From: Hyphomicrobiales bacterium
Lineage (GTDB): Bacteria > Pseudomonadota > Alphaproteobacteria > Rhizobiales > Beijerinckiaceae
Direction: 5' to 3'
Assembly (NCBI GenBank): GCA_027489275.1
Contig: JAIYAB010000019.1
Location: forward strand, 1-55,639
Length of the DNA: 55,639 bases
Part shown: positions 1 to 10,171 of the stretch, piece after piece
Position numbering within the stretch: position 1 is the stretch's first letter
Layout: each line of letters begins with the position of its first letter
Notes under the pieces: generated by a model
Told to the model about the DNA's origin: nothing
The model's input: only the letters and a program-made list of their open reading frames with translations
The model's database searches: none
Position numbers and translations under genes: made by a program

Positions 1-1485
1 ACCGTCACCGCCGATCTCGATCGGCTGCCGGATCTGGACACGCTCGATCCGACGCAGTGCCACATCGGCTGGTCAGTCGATCTCGCGGGCGCGATCTCCA
101 CCTCAGACATCGAGGACGTGTTCCTCTTCGTTCGCGACGAGATGGAGCTCGTCATCGAGGTGGACGACGCCGCCTCGTCCACCGGCACCGCACACGCAAA
201 GGCAGCGCCGGGGCAGGACGGCGGACCGGCCCCTGCCACCCTGTCTGCGGAGCCCCGGCCCGCGCCGCCGGCCGCGAAGGCGGAGGCCCAGTCACGGCAC
301 GAGGACCGCGCCAATGCCACCGTCCGGGTGCAGGCGGAGCGTCTCGACCGGCTGATGGACAGGGTCGGCGAGCTCGTCATCGCCCAGGCCCGACTGACCC
401 AGCTCAGCGCCGCGCGACGCGATCCGCACATCCAGAGCGTCGCGGAGGAGATCGAGCGGCTGGCCGCCGGGCTGCGCGACAGCGCCATGGGCATGCGCAT
501 GGTGCCGATCGGCTCGTTGTTCGGCCGCTTCCGGCGGCTCGTGCATGACCTCTCCCGCGATCTCGGCAAGCCGGTGCAGCTGGTCACCACGGGAGAGGAC
601 ACCGAACTCGACAAGACCATGATCGAGCGCCTTGCCGATCCGCTCGTCCACCTGATCCGGAATGCGATCGACCATGGCATCGAAAAGCCCGGGCAGCGGC
701 AGGCCAGCGGCAAGAGCGAGACGGGGACGATCCGGATCGATGCCCGCCATGTCGGGGCCGAGGTTCACGTCACCATTTCCGACGACGGACAGGGCATCGA
801 CCTTGCCCGCGTGCGTGCGAAAGGGAAGGAGCAGGGGTTGCTCGCGCCCGGCGACACGCCGGTCGAGGCCAGCCTTCTCCACCTCATGTTCCACCCCGGT
901 TTCTCGACCGCCGCGGAGGTCTCCGCGCTGTCGGGACGCGGCGTGGGCATGGACGTGGTGAAGCAGACCATCGAAGGTCTGCGCGGAAAGATCGACGTCG
1001 CAAACCGGCCGGGCCACGGAGCCGGCTTCACGCTCCGCCTGCCCCTCACGCTCGCCATCATCGAGGGCCTGCTGATCCGGGTGGCTGACAGCCGCTACAT
1101 CATTCCCCTGTCGACGGTTGAGGAATGCGTCGAGCTCAGTCCCGCGGACGAGCAGCGCTCGACGAGCCGCAGCTTCCTGAACATCCGGGGAGACCTCGTC
1201 CCGTTCGTGCGGCTGCGTGAGCTGTTCGACGCCCCCGATGCGCGCGAGCCCCATCCCAGCGTGGTCGTCGTCGCGAGCGGCGACATGCGCGTGGGCCTCG
1301 TCGTGGACCAGATCATCGGCAATCACCACGCCGTCATCAAGTCGCTCTCCCGCCTGCACAGGGACGTCGAGAGCTTCTCCGGCGTCACCATTCTGGGCGA
1401 CGGGCTGCCTGCCCTCATCATCGACGTCGCGCGGCTCATGAGAGGTGATACCGGCCGCCCGGCCCGCCAGAGGGATGCCGCCTGA
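1..1485 (+). CDS. cheA: Chemotaxis histidine kinase CheA (5'-truncated by window edge)
   Basis: Frame is open from base 1. Contains dimerization segment VRVQAERLDRLMDRVGELVI, N-box DPLVHLIRNAIDHGIE, DDGQGID, GFST..SGRGVGMDVV and a C-terminal CheW-like P5 domain. Confidence 0.97.
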   Translation, partial: TVTADLDRLPDLDTLDPTQCHIGWSVDLAGAISTSDIEDVFLFVRDEMELVIEVDDAASSTGTAHAKAAPGQDGGPAPATLSAEPRPAPPAAKAEAQSRHEDRANATVRVQAERLDRLMDRVGELVIAQARLTQLSAARRDPHIQSVAEEIERLAAGLRDSAMGMRMVPIGSLFGRFRRLVHDLSRDLGKPVQLVTTGEDTELDKTMIERLADPLVHLIRNAIDHGIEKPGQRQASGKSETGTIRIDARHVGAEVHVTISDDGQGIDLARVRAKGKEQGLLAPGDTPVEASLLHLMFHPGFSTAAEVSALSGRGVGMDVVKQTIEGLRGKIDVANRPGHGAGFTLRLPLTLAIIEGLLIRVADSRYIIPLSTVEECVELSPADEQRSTSRSFLNIRGDLVPFVRLRELFDAPDAREPHPSVVVVASGDMRVGLVVDQIIGNHHAVIKSLSRLHRDVESFSGVTILGDGLPALIIDVARLMRGDTGRPARQRDAA

Positions 1486-1946
1486 TGAGCCTCCCCGAAG
1501 CCCGCGCCACCGAGCGCGTCCTGATGCTCGGCCTCGGCGGCGAGTGCCTCGCCGTCGACGCCACAACGGTCCGGGAGATCATGGACCCGGTGCCCCTCAC
1601 CGCCGTGCCGGGCGCGAAGCCTTTCGTGGCCGGTGTGGTGAACGTGCGCGGCAACGTGGTGCCCATCGCCGACCTGCGAATCCGGCTGGGCATGGCCGTG
1701 GGGCCGAACACGCCCGACACGCGCTTCGTCGTCGTCGAGGTCGCCACCGGCGACGACCTCGAGCCGCTTCTCGTGACCATGGTGGCCGACAAGGTCCACG
1801 AGGTCTGCGAGATCGAATCCCCGCCGCCCGGCGCCGTTCCCCGGATCGGGATGCGCTGGCCCCCCGAGCTGATCCGCGGCGTCGCCCTGTGGAAGGGCGA
1901 CTTCGTGATCCTTCCCAACCTCCCCGCCCTCCTCGGGCTGAGCTGA
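1485..1946 (+). CDS. cheW: Chemotaxis coupling protein CheW
   Basis: VPGAKPFVAGVVNVRGNVVPIADLR CheW motif; overlaps cheA stop (TGATG). Confidence 0.93.
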   Translation: MSLPEARATERVLMLGLGGECLAVDATTVREIMDPVPLTAVPGAKPFVAGVVNVRGNVVPIADLRIRLGMAVGPNTPDTRFVVVEVATGDDLEPLLVTMVADKVHEVCEIESPPPGAVPRIGMRWPPELIRGVALWKGDFVILPNLPALLGLS

Positions 1947-1967
1947 GCCGATAGTCTGGAGCAGACG

Positions 1968-4202
1968 ATGCGTTTCACCATTCGCGCCAAGATGGGACTG
2001 GCTTTCGCCACCATCATCGGCCTTTCCGCAGCCGGCCTGGGCGTCGGCTACTTCAAGCTGTCGGGCCTGAACGACAGCCTCGGCTTCGCCATCACCAGCG
2101 TGGCCAAGCGCATGGAGGTCGCCGGCGACCTGCGCGCGGCGCTCCTCGAGGATCTGGCGGCCGAGAAGAACCTGCTCCTGGCCGTCAGCGAAGCCGACAT
2201 GCAGAAGCACTACGCGACGCTTCAGGAGAAGCGCGAGCACGTGAGCAAGTACCGCGATACCCTTGCCGGCCTCTCCAGGACGGAGGAGGGCAAGAGGATC
2301 GTCGTCGAGTTCAAGGATCTCTACCAGCGGCACGCCGACATTCAGGACCGGATCTACCAGTCCGCCCGGTTGAACTCCGGCCGGAAGGCCGAGGTCCTGA
2401 TCTCCGGCGAGGGCAAGACCGCGCTGGAAGCGCTGACGCACGCCCAGACCCGCGCGGCGAACGCCCTGACAGGCTCCAAGGCAGCCGCCGGCGATGCCGC
2501 CGCGGCGATGATCGACGTCGTCCACGAGGCGATGATCGACATCCAGGTGCTGGCAGGCTCCGGCTCGCAGGCCCTGCTCGACGAACGCCAGAAGGCCGTG
2601 GGAGACGAGTTCGCCCGGCTGCGGCAGACGCGCGAAGCCCTCGTCTCCGCAGCTCAGCGCAGCGACGCCGTCGCCGATGTCGCGCCGATCCTCAGGGCTG
2701 CCGACGCGTGGGCGGCGATCGCCGAGCGGGCTGCCGCGACGGCCGGCGAAGGCGGAACGGTCAAGGCTCTTGAACTGTCCGCCGGCGAGGGTCGGGCCCT
2801 CGTCAACGATCTCACGACGCGCATCGACCGGTTCATGGTCCTTCTCGACCAGGTGATGAAGGAGACCGAAGACAGCGCGGCCGCGCAATTCCAGTTCGCG
2901 CAGATCATCCTGGCCTCGGCTCTCGGAATCATTCTCCTCGTCAGCGTCGGTATGGCGGTGTGGCTGTCGGTCTCGATCAATCGTGGAATCAGCCGCTCGG
3001 TAGGCCTCGCCGCGACCATCGCCAGAGGTGACCTGAGCCAGCGCGTGACTGCGACGAGCAACGACGAGTTCGCTGACCTCGCCAAGGCCATGAATGAGAT
3101 GTGCGACGGCCTGCAGGAGGCCGCCGACGTGGCGGGTCGCATTGCCGGCGGCGACCTCACGGTCGAAGCCAGGCCGCGCTCGGATGCCGATGAACTGGGC
3201 CACGCGCTGCAGACCATGGTCGAGCGCCTGCGCGCGGTCGTGGCGGACGTGATCAGCGCGGTCCGCAACGTCTCCGGCGGCAGCCAGGAGCTCGCCTCCA
3301 GCGCCGAGCAGCTGTCCCAGGGCGCGACGGAGCAGGCATCCTCCACCGAGGAGGCGTCCGCCTCCATGGAGGAGATGGCGGCGAACGTGAAGCAGAATGC
3401 CGACAACGCCAGCCAGACCGAGAAGATCGCCCACCAGTCCGCCAAGGACGCCGAAGCGAGCGGCATCGCCGTTGGAACGGCCGTCGAGGCCATCCAGACG
3501 ATCGCCGAGAAGATCACCATTGTGCAGGAAATCGCCCGGCAGACGGATCTCCTCGCGCTCAACGCCGCGGTCGAGGCGGCCCGCGCCGGCGAACACGGAA
3601 AGGGCTTCGCGGTCGTGGCGTCCGAGGTGCGCAAGCTCGCCGAGCGAAGCCAGGCGGCTGCCGCCGAGATCGGCACGCTGTCCTCCCACACGGTCAAGGC
3701 CGCGCGCGACGCCGGCGGCATGCTGGCCAAGCTCGTCCCCGACATTCGCCGCACCGCCGACCTCGTCGGCGAGATCACGGCCGCCTGTCGCGAGCAGGAC
3801 ATCGGCGCGGCGCAGATCAACCAGGCGCTGCAGCAGCTGGACAAGGTAACCCAGCAGAACGCGGCCGCGTCCGAGCAGGTATCGGCGACCTCCGAGGAGC
3901 TGTCCGCCCAGGGCGAGCAGCTCACCGGCACCATCGCGTTCTTCCGCCTGGAGGACCAAACTTCGCCGGATGCGGCGCGGCCGGCGACGGTGCCGCCCGT
4001 TCACGCCATGCGCAAGCGGATCGAGACCGCCGGCCTGCCAGCCCAGCCTGCCCGGGGCGATGCCAAGGCGAAGGCTCCGCGCCGCGCCGCCGCAGAGCTG
4101 TCGCGCGAGGCGCGGCCGGTGCGCGCGGTCGCCAATGGCGGCTTCGCCTACGACCTCGGTGCTGCCGAGGATGCCGAGGACGCCGCGTTCAAGCGGTTCT
4201 GA
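1968..4202 (+). CDS. Transmembrane methyl-accepting chemotaxis protein with C-terminal pentapeptide-like tail
   Basis: Two TM helices, periplasmic helical sensor, HAMP domains, hairpin [37 protein letters not shown], long linker ending AFKRF. Confidence 0.96.
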   Translation: MRFTIRAKMGLAFATIIGLSAAGLGVGYFKLSGLNDSLGFAITSVAKRMEVAGDLRAALLEDLAAEKNLLLAVSEADMQKHYATLQEKREHVSKYRDTLAGLSRTEEGKRIVVEFKDLYQRHADIQDRIYQSARLNSGRKAEVLISGEGKTALEALTHAQTRAANALTGSKAAAGDAAAAMIDVVHEAMIDIQVLAGSGSQALLDERQKAVGDEFARLRQTREALVSAAQRSDAVADVAPILRAADAWAAIAERAAATAGEGGTVKALELSAGEGRALVNDLTTRIDRFMVLLDQVMKETEDSAAAQFQFAQIILASALGIILLVSVGMAVWLSVSINRGISRSVGLAATIARGDLSQRVTATSNDEFADLAKAMNEMCDGLQEAADVAGRIAGGDLTVEARPRSDADELGHALQTMVERLRAVVADVISAVRNVSGGSQELASSAEQLSQGATEQASSTEEASASMEEMAANVKQNADNASQTEKIAHQSAKDAEASGIAVGTAVEAIQTIAEKITIVQEIARQTDLLALNAAVEAARAGEHGKGFAVVASEVRKLAERSQAAAAEIGTLSSHTVKAARDAGGMLAKLVPDIRRTADLVGEITAACREQDIGAAQINQALQQLDKVTQQNAAASEQVSATSEELSAQGEQLTGTIAFFRLEDQTSPDAARPATVPPVHAMRKRIETAGLPAQPARGDAKAKAPRRAAAELSREARPVRAVANGGFAYDLGAAEDAEDAAFKRF

Positions 4203-4223
4203 ACCAGCAAAGCGGAGCGCCCC

Positions 4224-4700
4224 ATGGCCTCGGCCATCCAATACGTCACCATCGGCATCGACGACGATCTCCTGGCCGTTCCCGTCGAGGACGTCCAGGA
4301 GATCCTCGAGATGAGCCGCATCGCGCGCCTGCCCAACGCGCCCGCCGCCATGCTCGGCATGATCGACGTGCGGGGCCAGGGCCATTCGATCGTGGACCTG
4401 CGCATGCGTCTGGGGCTCCCGCCGGCTCCTGTCACGCCTGCGACCCGCATCGTGATCCTGAACGCCGGGGCGGACGGCGTGCGCTCGGGCGTCGGCCTCG
4501 TGGCGGAGCGCGTCTACGAGGTCGCCGAACTCGACGAACCCCGCCTCGAGCCGCCGCCGATCGCCGTCGGCGCTGGCCCGGCGATCTGCCTCGCGGGGGT
4601 CGGCCGTCGCCGGGGGCGCCTCGTGATGGTGCTGGATCTCGCGCGCCTGCTCTCCGGCGCCGCCATCGATCTCCCCTCCTCGACCGCGGCAGCCGCCTGA
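4224..4700 (+). CDS. cheW: Second CheW
   Basis: LPNAPAAMLGMIDVRGQGHSIVDLR CheW motif; GGAG RBS. Confidence 0.92.
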   Translation: MASAIQYVTIGIDDDLLAVPVEDVQEILEMSRIARLPNAPAAMLGMIDVRGQGHSIVDLRMRLGLPPAPVTPATRIVILNAGADGVRSGVGLVAERVYEVAELDEPRLEPPPIAVGAGPAICLAGVGRRRGRLVMVLDLARLLSGAAIDLPSSTAAAA

Positions 4701-5560
4701 TGCCGGGCCATCGCGATTCGCTCACCGAGCGGCAGTTTCGGCGCCTGGTCGACCTCATCCAGACGGAGGTCGGCATCCGGCTGCCTCCGCTCAAGCGCAC
4801 GATGGTGGAAGCGCGACTGCGTCGCCGCGTCCGATCGCTCGGCCTGCCGGACCTCGCCGCCTACGGCGAGGAGGTGGTCGAGGGACCCGTTTCGCGCGAC
4901 GAACTGGTGCATCTCATCGACTGCGTCACCACCAACAAGACGGATTTCTTCCGGGAGCCGGCGCATTTCGACGCTCTGCGCGGAACCATCGTGCCAGAGG
5001 CGCTGAAGGCCCTGCCTAAGGGCGCTCCGCTCAAGGTATGGAGCTCGGCTTGCTCGACAGGGGCGGAGCCCTACACAATCGCCATGGTGCTCGCCGACAT
5101 GGCCGGCCACGCCCCCTTCCGCTTCCAGGTGCTGGGCACGGACATTTCGACCCAGGTGCTGGCCCAGGCCCGACGCGGCGTCTACCCGGCCGAGATGACA
5201 GAGGCGGTGCCCGCCGCCCTGCGCCAGCGCTTCGTGATGCGCTCGCGCGATCCCGAGGCCGCCGAGGCGCGGATCGTGCCGGAACTGCGCCAACTCGTGT
5301 CGTTCGGCCGGCTGAACCTCATGGACGCGAGCTATCCCGTCGAGCGCGACTACCACGTCATCTTTTGCCGCAACGTGCTCATCTACTTCGATCGCGACAC
5401 GCAACGCCGGGTGCTTGACCGCCTGCTCGGGCACCTGCGGCCCGGCGGCTACCTGCTGATCGGCCACTCCGAGTCCATGGCTTGCCACGACCACCCGCGG
5501 GTCAGGCAGTTGATGCCCACGGTCTACCAGGCCACGAGCCCGAAGGCACACGCCGCATGA
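4700..5560 (+). CDS. cheR: Chemoreceptor methyltransferase CheR
   Basis: [45 protein letters not shown] motifs. Confidence 0.96.
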   Translation: MPGHRDSLTERQFRRLVDLIQTEVGIRLPPLKRTMVEARLRRRVRSLGLPDLAAYGEEVVEGPVSRDELVHLIDCVTTNKTDFFREPAHFDALRGTIVPEALKALPKGAPLKVWSSACSTGAEPYTIAMVLADMAGHAPFRFQVLGTDISTQVLAQARRGVYPAEMTEAVPAALRQRFVMRSRDPEAAEARIVPELRQLVSFGRLNLMDASYPVERDYHVIFCRNVLIYFDRDTQRRVLDRLLGHLRPGGYLLIGHSESMACHDHPRVRQLMPTVYQATSPKAHAA

Positions 5561-6657
5561 CCACCGCAGCGCCAATCCGCGTCCTCATCGTCGACGATTC
5601 AGCCTCCGTCCGCCAGACGCTGGAGGCAGTCCTCGCGGACGCCGGCGACATCCGCGTCATCGGCACCGCGGCGGACCCTTTCATTGCAGTGAAGCGGATC
5701 CAGGAGGAGGTGCCCGACGTCATCATCCTCGACGTCGAGATGCCGCGGATGGACGGCATCACGTTCCTGCGCAAGATCATGGCCCAGAAGCCCATACCGG
5801 TGATCATCTGCTCGACCCTCACCGAGGAAGGGTCGCAGATGCTGCTCGAGGCGCTCGAGGCGGGAGCGGTCGACGTGCTGCCCAAGCCGCGGATCGACAC
5901 CCGCCAGTTCCTGCAGGAATCGCGCGTGAGGATCTGCGACGCGGTGCGCGCAGCAGCGGTGGCGCGACTGCGCGGGCCGCGCGCGCGGCCGATGAAGGTC
6001 GAGGAGAAGCTCACCGCCGATGCAATGATGCCCGCCCCCGTCCTCACCCGCTCCATGACCCAGACCACCGAGAAGGTGATCTGCATCGGCGCCTCGACCG
6101 GCGGGACGGAGTCTTTGCGCGAGGTGCTGGAGGCCTTGCCGTTCGACAGTCCGGCCATCGTCGTCGTGCAGCACATGCCCGAGCGCTTCACCGCCGCCTT
6201 TGCCCGCAGGCTGGACGGACTGTGCAAGGTCGACGTGAAGGAGGCCGAGGACGGCGACGCGGTGTATCCCGGCCGGGTCCTGATCGCCCCGGGGAACCGC
6301 CACACGCTGCTCGGGCGCAGCGGCGCACGCTACCACCTGAGCGTCAAGGACGGCCCTCTCGTCTCGCGCCACCGGCCGTCGGTGGACGTGTTGTTCCGGT
6401 CGGCGGCGCAGTATGCCGGCGCGAACGCCGTCGGCATCCTGATGACCGGGATGGGCGACGACGGCGCGCGCGGCCTGCTCGAGATGCGCAAGGTCGGAGC
6501 TCATACCGTCGCCCAGGACGAGGAGACGAGCGTGGTCTTCGGCATGCCGAAAGAAGCCATCCAGCGCGGCGCCGCCATCCGCGTGCTGCCGCTCCAGGCG
6601 ATCGCGGGCGAGATCATCCGCCACCGCAGCAACGCGACCTCGGCGTACGCCTCGTGA
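5557..6657 (+). CDS. cheB: Chemotaxis response regulator methylesterase CheB
   Basis: REC domain (VLIVDDS, LDVEMP) plus methylesterase motifs GASTGG, QHMP, GMGDDGA. ATG at 5557 overlaps the cheR stop (ATGA). Confidence 0.97.
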   Translation: MTTAAPIRVLIVDDSASVRQTLEAVLADAGDIRVIGTAADPFIAVKRIQEEVPDVIILDVEMPRMDGITFLRKIMAQKPIPVIICSTLTEEGSQMLLEALEAGAVDVLPKPRIDTRQFLQESRVRICDAVRAAAVARLRGPRARPMKVEEKLTADAMMPAPVLTRSMTQTTEKVICIGASTGGTESLREVLEALPFDSPAIVVVQHMPERFTAAFARRLDGLCKVDVKEAEDGDAVYPGRVLIAPGNRHTLLGRSGARYHLSVKDGPLVSRHRPSVDVLFRSAAQYAGANAVGILMTGMGDDGARGLLEMRKVGAHTVAQDEETSVVFGMPKEAIQRGAAIRVLPLQAIAGEIIRHRSNATSAYAS

Positions 6658-6715
6658 GGCGGGGCTCGGGATTCGATCGCCTGCAATGTCGCTGGAACCG
6701 CCTCGCGGGGACGCA

Positions 6716-8365
6716 ATGACACACCTCCTCGAACTTTCTCGGACGGCCCCTCTCCGCACGACGATCGCGGACTCCGCAGGCGTCGTCCGTCAAGCCGCAT
6801 CGCGGATCGAGGACGTTTTCCTCGTCGCCGGCGAGTCCCTCGGCGTCGCCCTCTCGGTCATCGACGAGGCTGTGAACGGGGTCGACGCCATTCCGCGCAG
6901 CATCGCCGGCGAGGACATGGGGAGGGCCTCCGAGTCGCTGTGGCGGATCTCGTCCGAACTCGCCGCCGTCGTCGAAGCCCTGCCCCGCGAGCGACTGGCG
7001 CTTGACGCCATCGCCGACCGGCTGGACGCGCTGCGAGCCCCGCTGGAGCGGCTGGTGAAAAGCATAAGGACGATCGCCATCCTGGCCCGCGGGGCCCGCG
7101 TCGAGACAGCCCATCTCAGCTCCGACCAGCTGAACTTCACCGAGTTCGCAGCCGAGATCCTGACGCTCGCCGACGAGGCGCGTGAGGGCATCAACGCCTT
7201 CGTGCGGGACTTCAGGTCGCTTTCGATGCTGCTGTCCTCGACGCAAGAAGCGCAGGCGACTTTCGCGGACGACCGGAGCGAGCAGATCGTCGAGAGCGTC
7301 TCGCAACTCCAGTCGGCCTTCGATGCCATCGAGGTGCGCCAGCAGGACGCCGTCAGGGTGTCGCGCGAACTTGCCGAGCGGTCAAAGCGCATCTCCGCCA
7401 TGATGGGAGACTGCATCATGTCGCTGCAGGCGGGCGACAGCACGCGCCAGCGCCTGGAACACGTGGATTCCGCCCTGACGGAGTCGCTCGCCGCCGGGGT
7501 CACCGAGCACGAGGCAAGCGGTCAGTGCGCCCTTCAGGCGGCCCAGCTCGCCGACGCGCTCGGCGTCTTCTCCTCGGCCACGGGAGACATCATGGGCAGT
7601 CTCGCCGCGCTGGCACAGGAAGCCGAGGGTGTCGTAGGCCTTGGGCAGGCGCTGGTAGGCTCGACGAGTCACGGCGAGGCGACGTCCCGGGGATTGCACG
7701 AACAGTTGCGCCACCGTCTGGTCGTCGCGGCCAGGCTGATCCGCGAGTGCGAGACGGCGCGGGCTACGGTCGACGCGGTGATGACCTCGCTGACAGGCAC
7801 GCTGCAGTCGTTTCGTGACGGGCTGGTGTCGCTCCAGTCGATCAGCCGCTCGATCACGTCCGTCGGCCTGAACGCGGCGGTCAAGTCGTTCCGCATCGGT
7901 ACGGACGGGCGCGGCCTCGCCGTCATCTCCCAACACCTGCGCAGCTATGCCGAGCAAATCGTCGACGACACCGACGCCCTGATCGACGTGTTTCAGGAGG
8001 TGATGAGCGCCGCCGACGTCATCGAGCGCGGCCGAGACGCGCAGGACGCGATCCGCATGGCGGAAGCGGACGCCGAGATTGGCGCCATCCTGCAGACCAT
8101 CGGGGCGAACGAGATGCTAGTCTCGCAAGTCTTCGACGGGATGGCCCGCTCAGGCTCGCGCGTCGGCGACCTCGTACGCCAGGCGGAAGACGCCTTCGTC
8201 GGCCTAGCGGCCGACATGGCCGCCGTCACGCACGCAGCCGCGATTCTCGCCAGGTTCGGAGACGGCAACCACGTCGTCGCGCCTGCCGGCCGGCAATACA
8301 CGATGAGCCGGGAGCGGGAAATCTACGCGGCCTTTCAAAACCGCCGTCTCCCGCAGACGGCGTAG
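6716..8365 (+). CDS. Soluble MCP-like coiled-coil chemotaxis protein with two degenerate hairpin tips and a CheZ-like DxxxQ motif
   Basis: No obvious TM helix. Motifs ILARGARVETAHL..F..FAAEILTLA, GLNAAVKSFRIGTDGRGLAVISQHLR and SLQAGDSTRQRLEHV. Last gene of the che operon; alternative start 6686. Confidence 0.75.
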   Translation: MTHLLELSRTAPLRTTIADSAGVVRQAASRIEDVFLVAGESLGVALSVIDEAVNGVDAIPRSIAGEDMGRASESLWRISSELAAVVEALPRERLALDAIADRLDALRAPLERLVKSIRTIAILARGARVETAHLSSDQLNFTEFAAEILTLADEAREGINAFVRDFRSLSMLLSSTQEAQATFADDRSEQIVESVSQLQSAFDAIEVRQQDAVRVSRELAERSKRISAMMGDCIMSLQAGDSTRQRLEHVDSALTESLAAGVTEHEASGQCALQAAQLADALGVFSSATGDIMGSLAALAQEAEGVVGLGQALVGSTSHGEATSRGLHEQLRHRLVVAARLIRECETARATVDAVMTSLTGTLQSFRDGLVSLQSISRSITSVGLNAAVKSFRIGTDGRGLAVISQHLRSYAEQIVDDTDALIDVFQEVMSAADVIERGRDAQDAIRMAEADAEIGAILQTIGANEMLVSQVFDGMARSGSRVGDLVRQAEDAFVGLAADMAAVTHAAAILARFGDGNHVVAPAGRQYTMSREREIYAAFQNRRLPQTA

Positions 8366-8580
8366 CCAACGTCCCCGAGCCGCTGCTCTCCCCTGCAGCA
8401 TCCCGATCCTGCGCATTCCCTGCGGGCGACGCCGGCATGGCCGCTGTAAGCTGGGATATCCAGAAATACGATACCGCTGGATAAGGTTTTTCCACCCCAT
8501 GATCGAGGTCGAGTGACCCAGTCGCAACGCCCGCGCGATTCCTGGAATCGTGTGGTTGACCACTGCCGGCAACGGCGCCC

Positions 8581-10152
8581 TCAGGCGCCATTGCCTGCCG
8601 TGCGGCAGAAGATCGGCGACGTCCAGGCCATCTGGCCGCCGGCTTGTCGCAGGCGCACGTAGAGATTCTCGCCCGCGTCGAAGGTTCCGAGGCCGAGGCT
8701 GCCGCTCCACTGCCACCGGTCAGGCATCGGCATCTGGTGCAGGCGCCAGGCAGGCGAGTCGATGGCGCCCAGGTTTCCGCTCCTTGCGCCCTCGAAGAGC
8801 CGGCGGGCGGACACCTCGACACGCTGGCCGCAGAGATCCGCGCGGATCGACGCGCCAGGGTCCAGCTTCAGACGCAGGGCAAGGCCCTGCGTCGCGGAGG
8901 TCGCGTTGTTCGGATTGGCTTCCGCGGTGACGGAAAAGACGACCTGCCCATCCGCCCAGTCTAAAACGGGCAGGGCATGGCCGGCGTCGTCGCCTTCCAG
9001 CGGAGAGACGATCTCCGCGCCGCGAAACCGCGGTTCGACTCCCACGATCTCGCCGCCGTCGACCGATATCCGGCCTTCCCAGCGGTGGCTGAGGCCGCGG
9101 GCGCCCCAACCCAACTCGACATAAAGGATCGTCTCGATGTCCGAGCACAGTGGGGCAGGCGTAATCTCGGGCGAAATCCGGTGGAACAGACGGCCATTGC
9201 GCACCACGTCGATGCAGTCGATGAAGCCGCCGCCCACGGCCTCGATGCGCAGGACGGCCCCGTCCCGTGGCGGCACGACGCTGCCCTGGATGTCGGACCC
9301 CAGCGCGGCCAGCAGGTGGATATTGTCGCCCGTCAGCGCATTTGTGCGACGCGCCAGCATCGCCTCCCAGATGGCGTCGCGGTCGCGGCCCCTCGCATAG
9401 AGTCCCATCCGGCCATGGCCGTAGGAGCCGGGAAAGCCGGAATGGTGGTCCGTGTTGCCAACAACCCCGAAGACGTGCCCTTCGGCGAGCCCATGCTGCA
9501 TCGTCCCGCGACCGTCGACCGGACCCATAGAGTGCAGATAGCCGCGGTCTGTCTCGGAGGCTTCGGCGCATCCATGCATCGAGATCATCTCGACGAAGGG
9601 AGACAGGACCGGATCGAACGCGTCCCAATCGACGCCGCGGGCGCCGACCCGGTAGCCGATGTGGTGGGGAAATGCGAAGGCCCTGCCCTGCATCCGGCTC
9701 TCGATCATCGCGCGCAGTTCGGCCGGGCTGTCGGCGAGAAGCAACGGGGCGGGATCGAGGTCGCGGTACACGATGGTGTAGTCGCCATAGGCCGCCGAAT
9801 GGATCTCGAAGCCCGGAAAGACGACGAAGCCGTCCCGGTTCGCCCGGCTCAAGGCCGCGTAATGATCCAGCCAGTTGGCCCGAAGCTTGGCGAACCCCTT
9901 GACGTGAAAGGCCACGATGTGGGCGACCGAAGGGTCGTCTACGGGCATGTCGGGCCAGTGCGCGTGCCCGGTGATCGACAGGAAATCGAGCTGCAGGGCT
10001 GCACGCTTCAGCGCGTCCTCGAACCGGCCATGCCCGTAGCTCAGGTCGCAATGGTTGTGAATGTCGCCATACAGCGGGAGGAGGCCCAGTTCACCGGCCA
10101 GAGGCGTCAGGCGTGGCGGGAGCGGCGCGCGGATCATCTCTCGTTCCTTCAT
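8581..10152 (-). CDS. PHP-fold metallohydrolase (DUF3604 / CehA-McbA-like)
   Basis: GDIHNH, TGHAH, PGFE, PHH, EMISMHG and GNTDHH metal-binding motifs of the PHP superfamily. Start may be 10137 (AAGGA RBS). Confidence 0.75.
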   Translation of the reverse strand: MKEREMIRAPLPPRLTPLAGELGLLPLYGDIHNHCDLSYGHGRFEDALKRAALQLDFLSITGHAHWPDMPVDDPSVAHIVAFHVKGFAKLRANWLDHYAALSRANRDGFVVFPGFEIHSAAYGDYTIVYRDLDPAPLLLADSPAELRAMIESRMQGRAFAFPHHIGYRVGARGVDWDAFDPVLSPFVEMISMHGCAEASETDRGYLHSMGPVDGRGTMQHGLAEGHVFGVVGNTDHHSGFPGSYGHGRMGLYARGRDRDAIWEAMLARRTNALTGDNIHLLAALGSDIQGSVVPPRDGAVLRIEAVGGGFIDCIDVVRNGRLFHRISPEITPAPLCSDIETILYVELGWGARGLSHRWEGRISVDGGEIVGVEPRFRGAEIVSPLEGDDAGHALPVLDWADGQVVFSVTAEANPNNATSATQGLALRLKLDPGASIRADLCGQRVEVSARRLFEGARSGNLGAIDSPAWRLHQMPMPDRWQWSGSLGLGTFDAGENLYVRLRQAGGQMAWTSPIFCRTAGNGA

Positions 10153-10171
10153 GGCATCGCGACGCGCGCGG

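Noticed and set aside
1323-4385. 1020-aa minus-strand ORF and the many other long antisense or alternate-frame ORFs (e.g. 17971-19527, 30535-32340, 33181-34704, 41095-42624)
   Set aside because: Shadow ORFs of high-GC coding DNA; they fully overlap genes with clear family motifs and have no motifs of their own.
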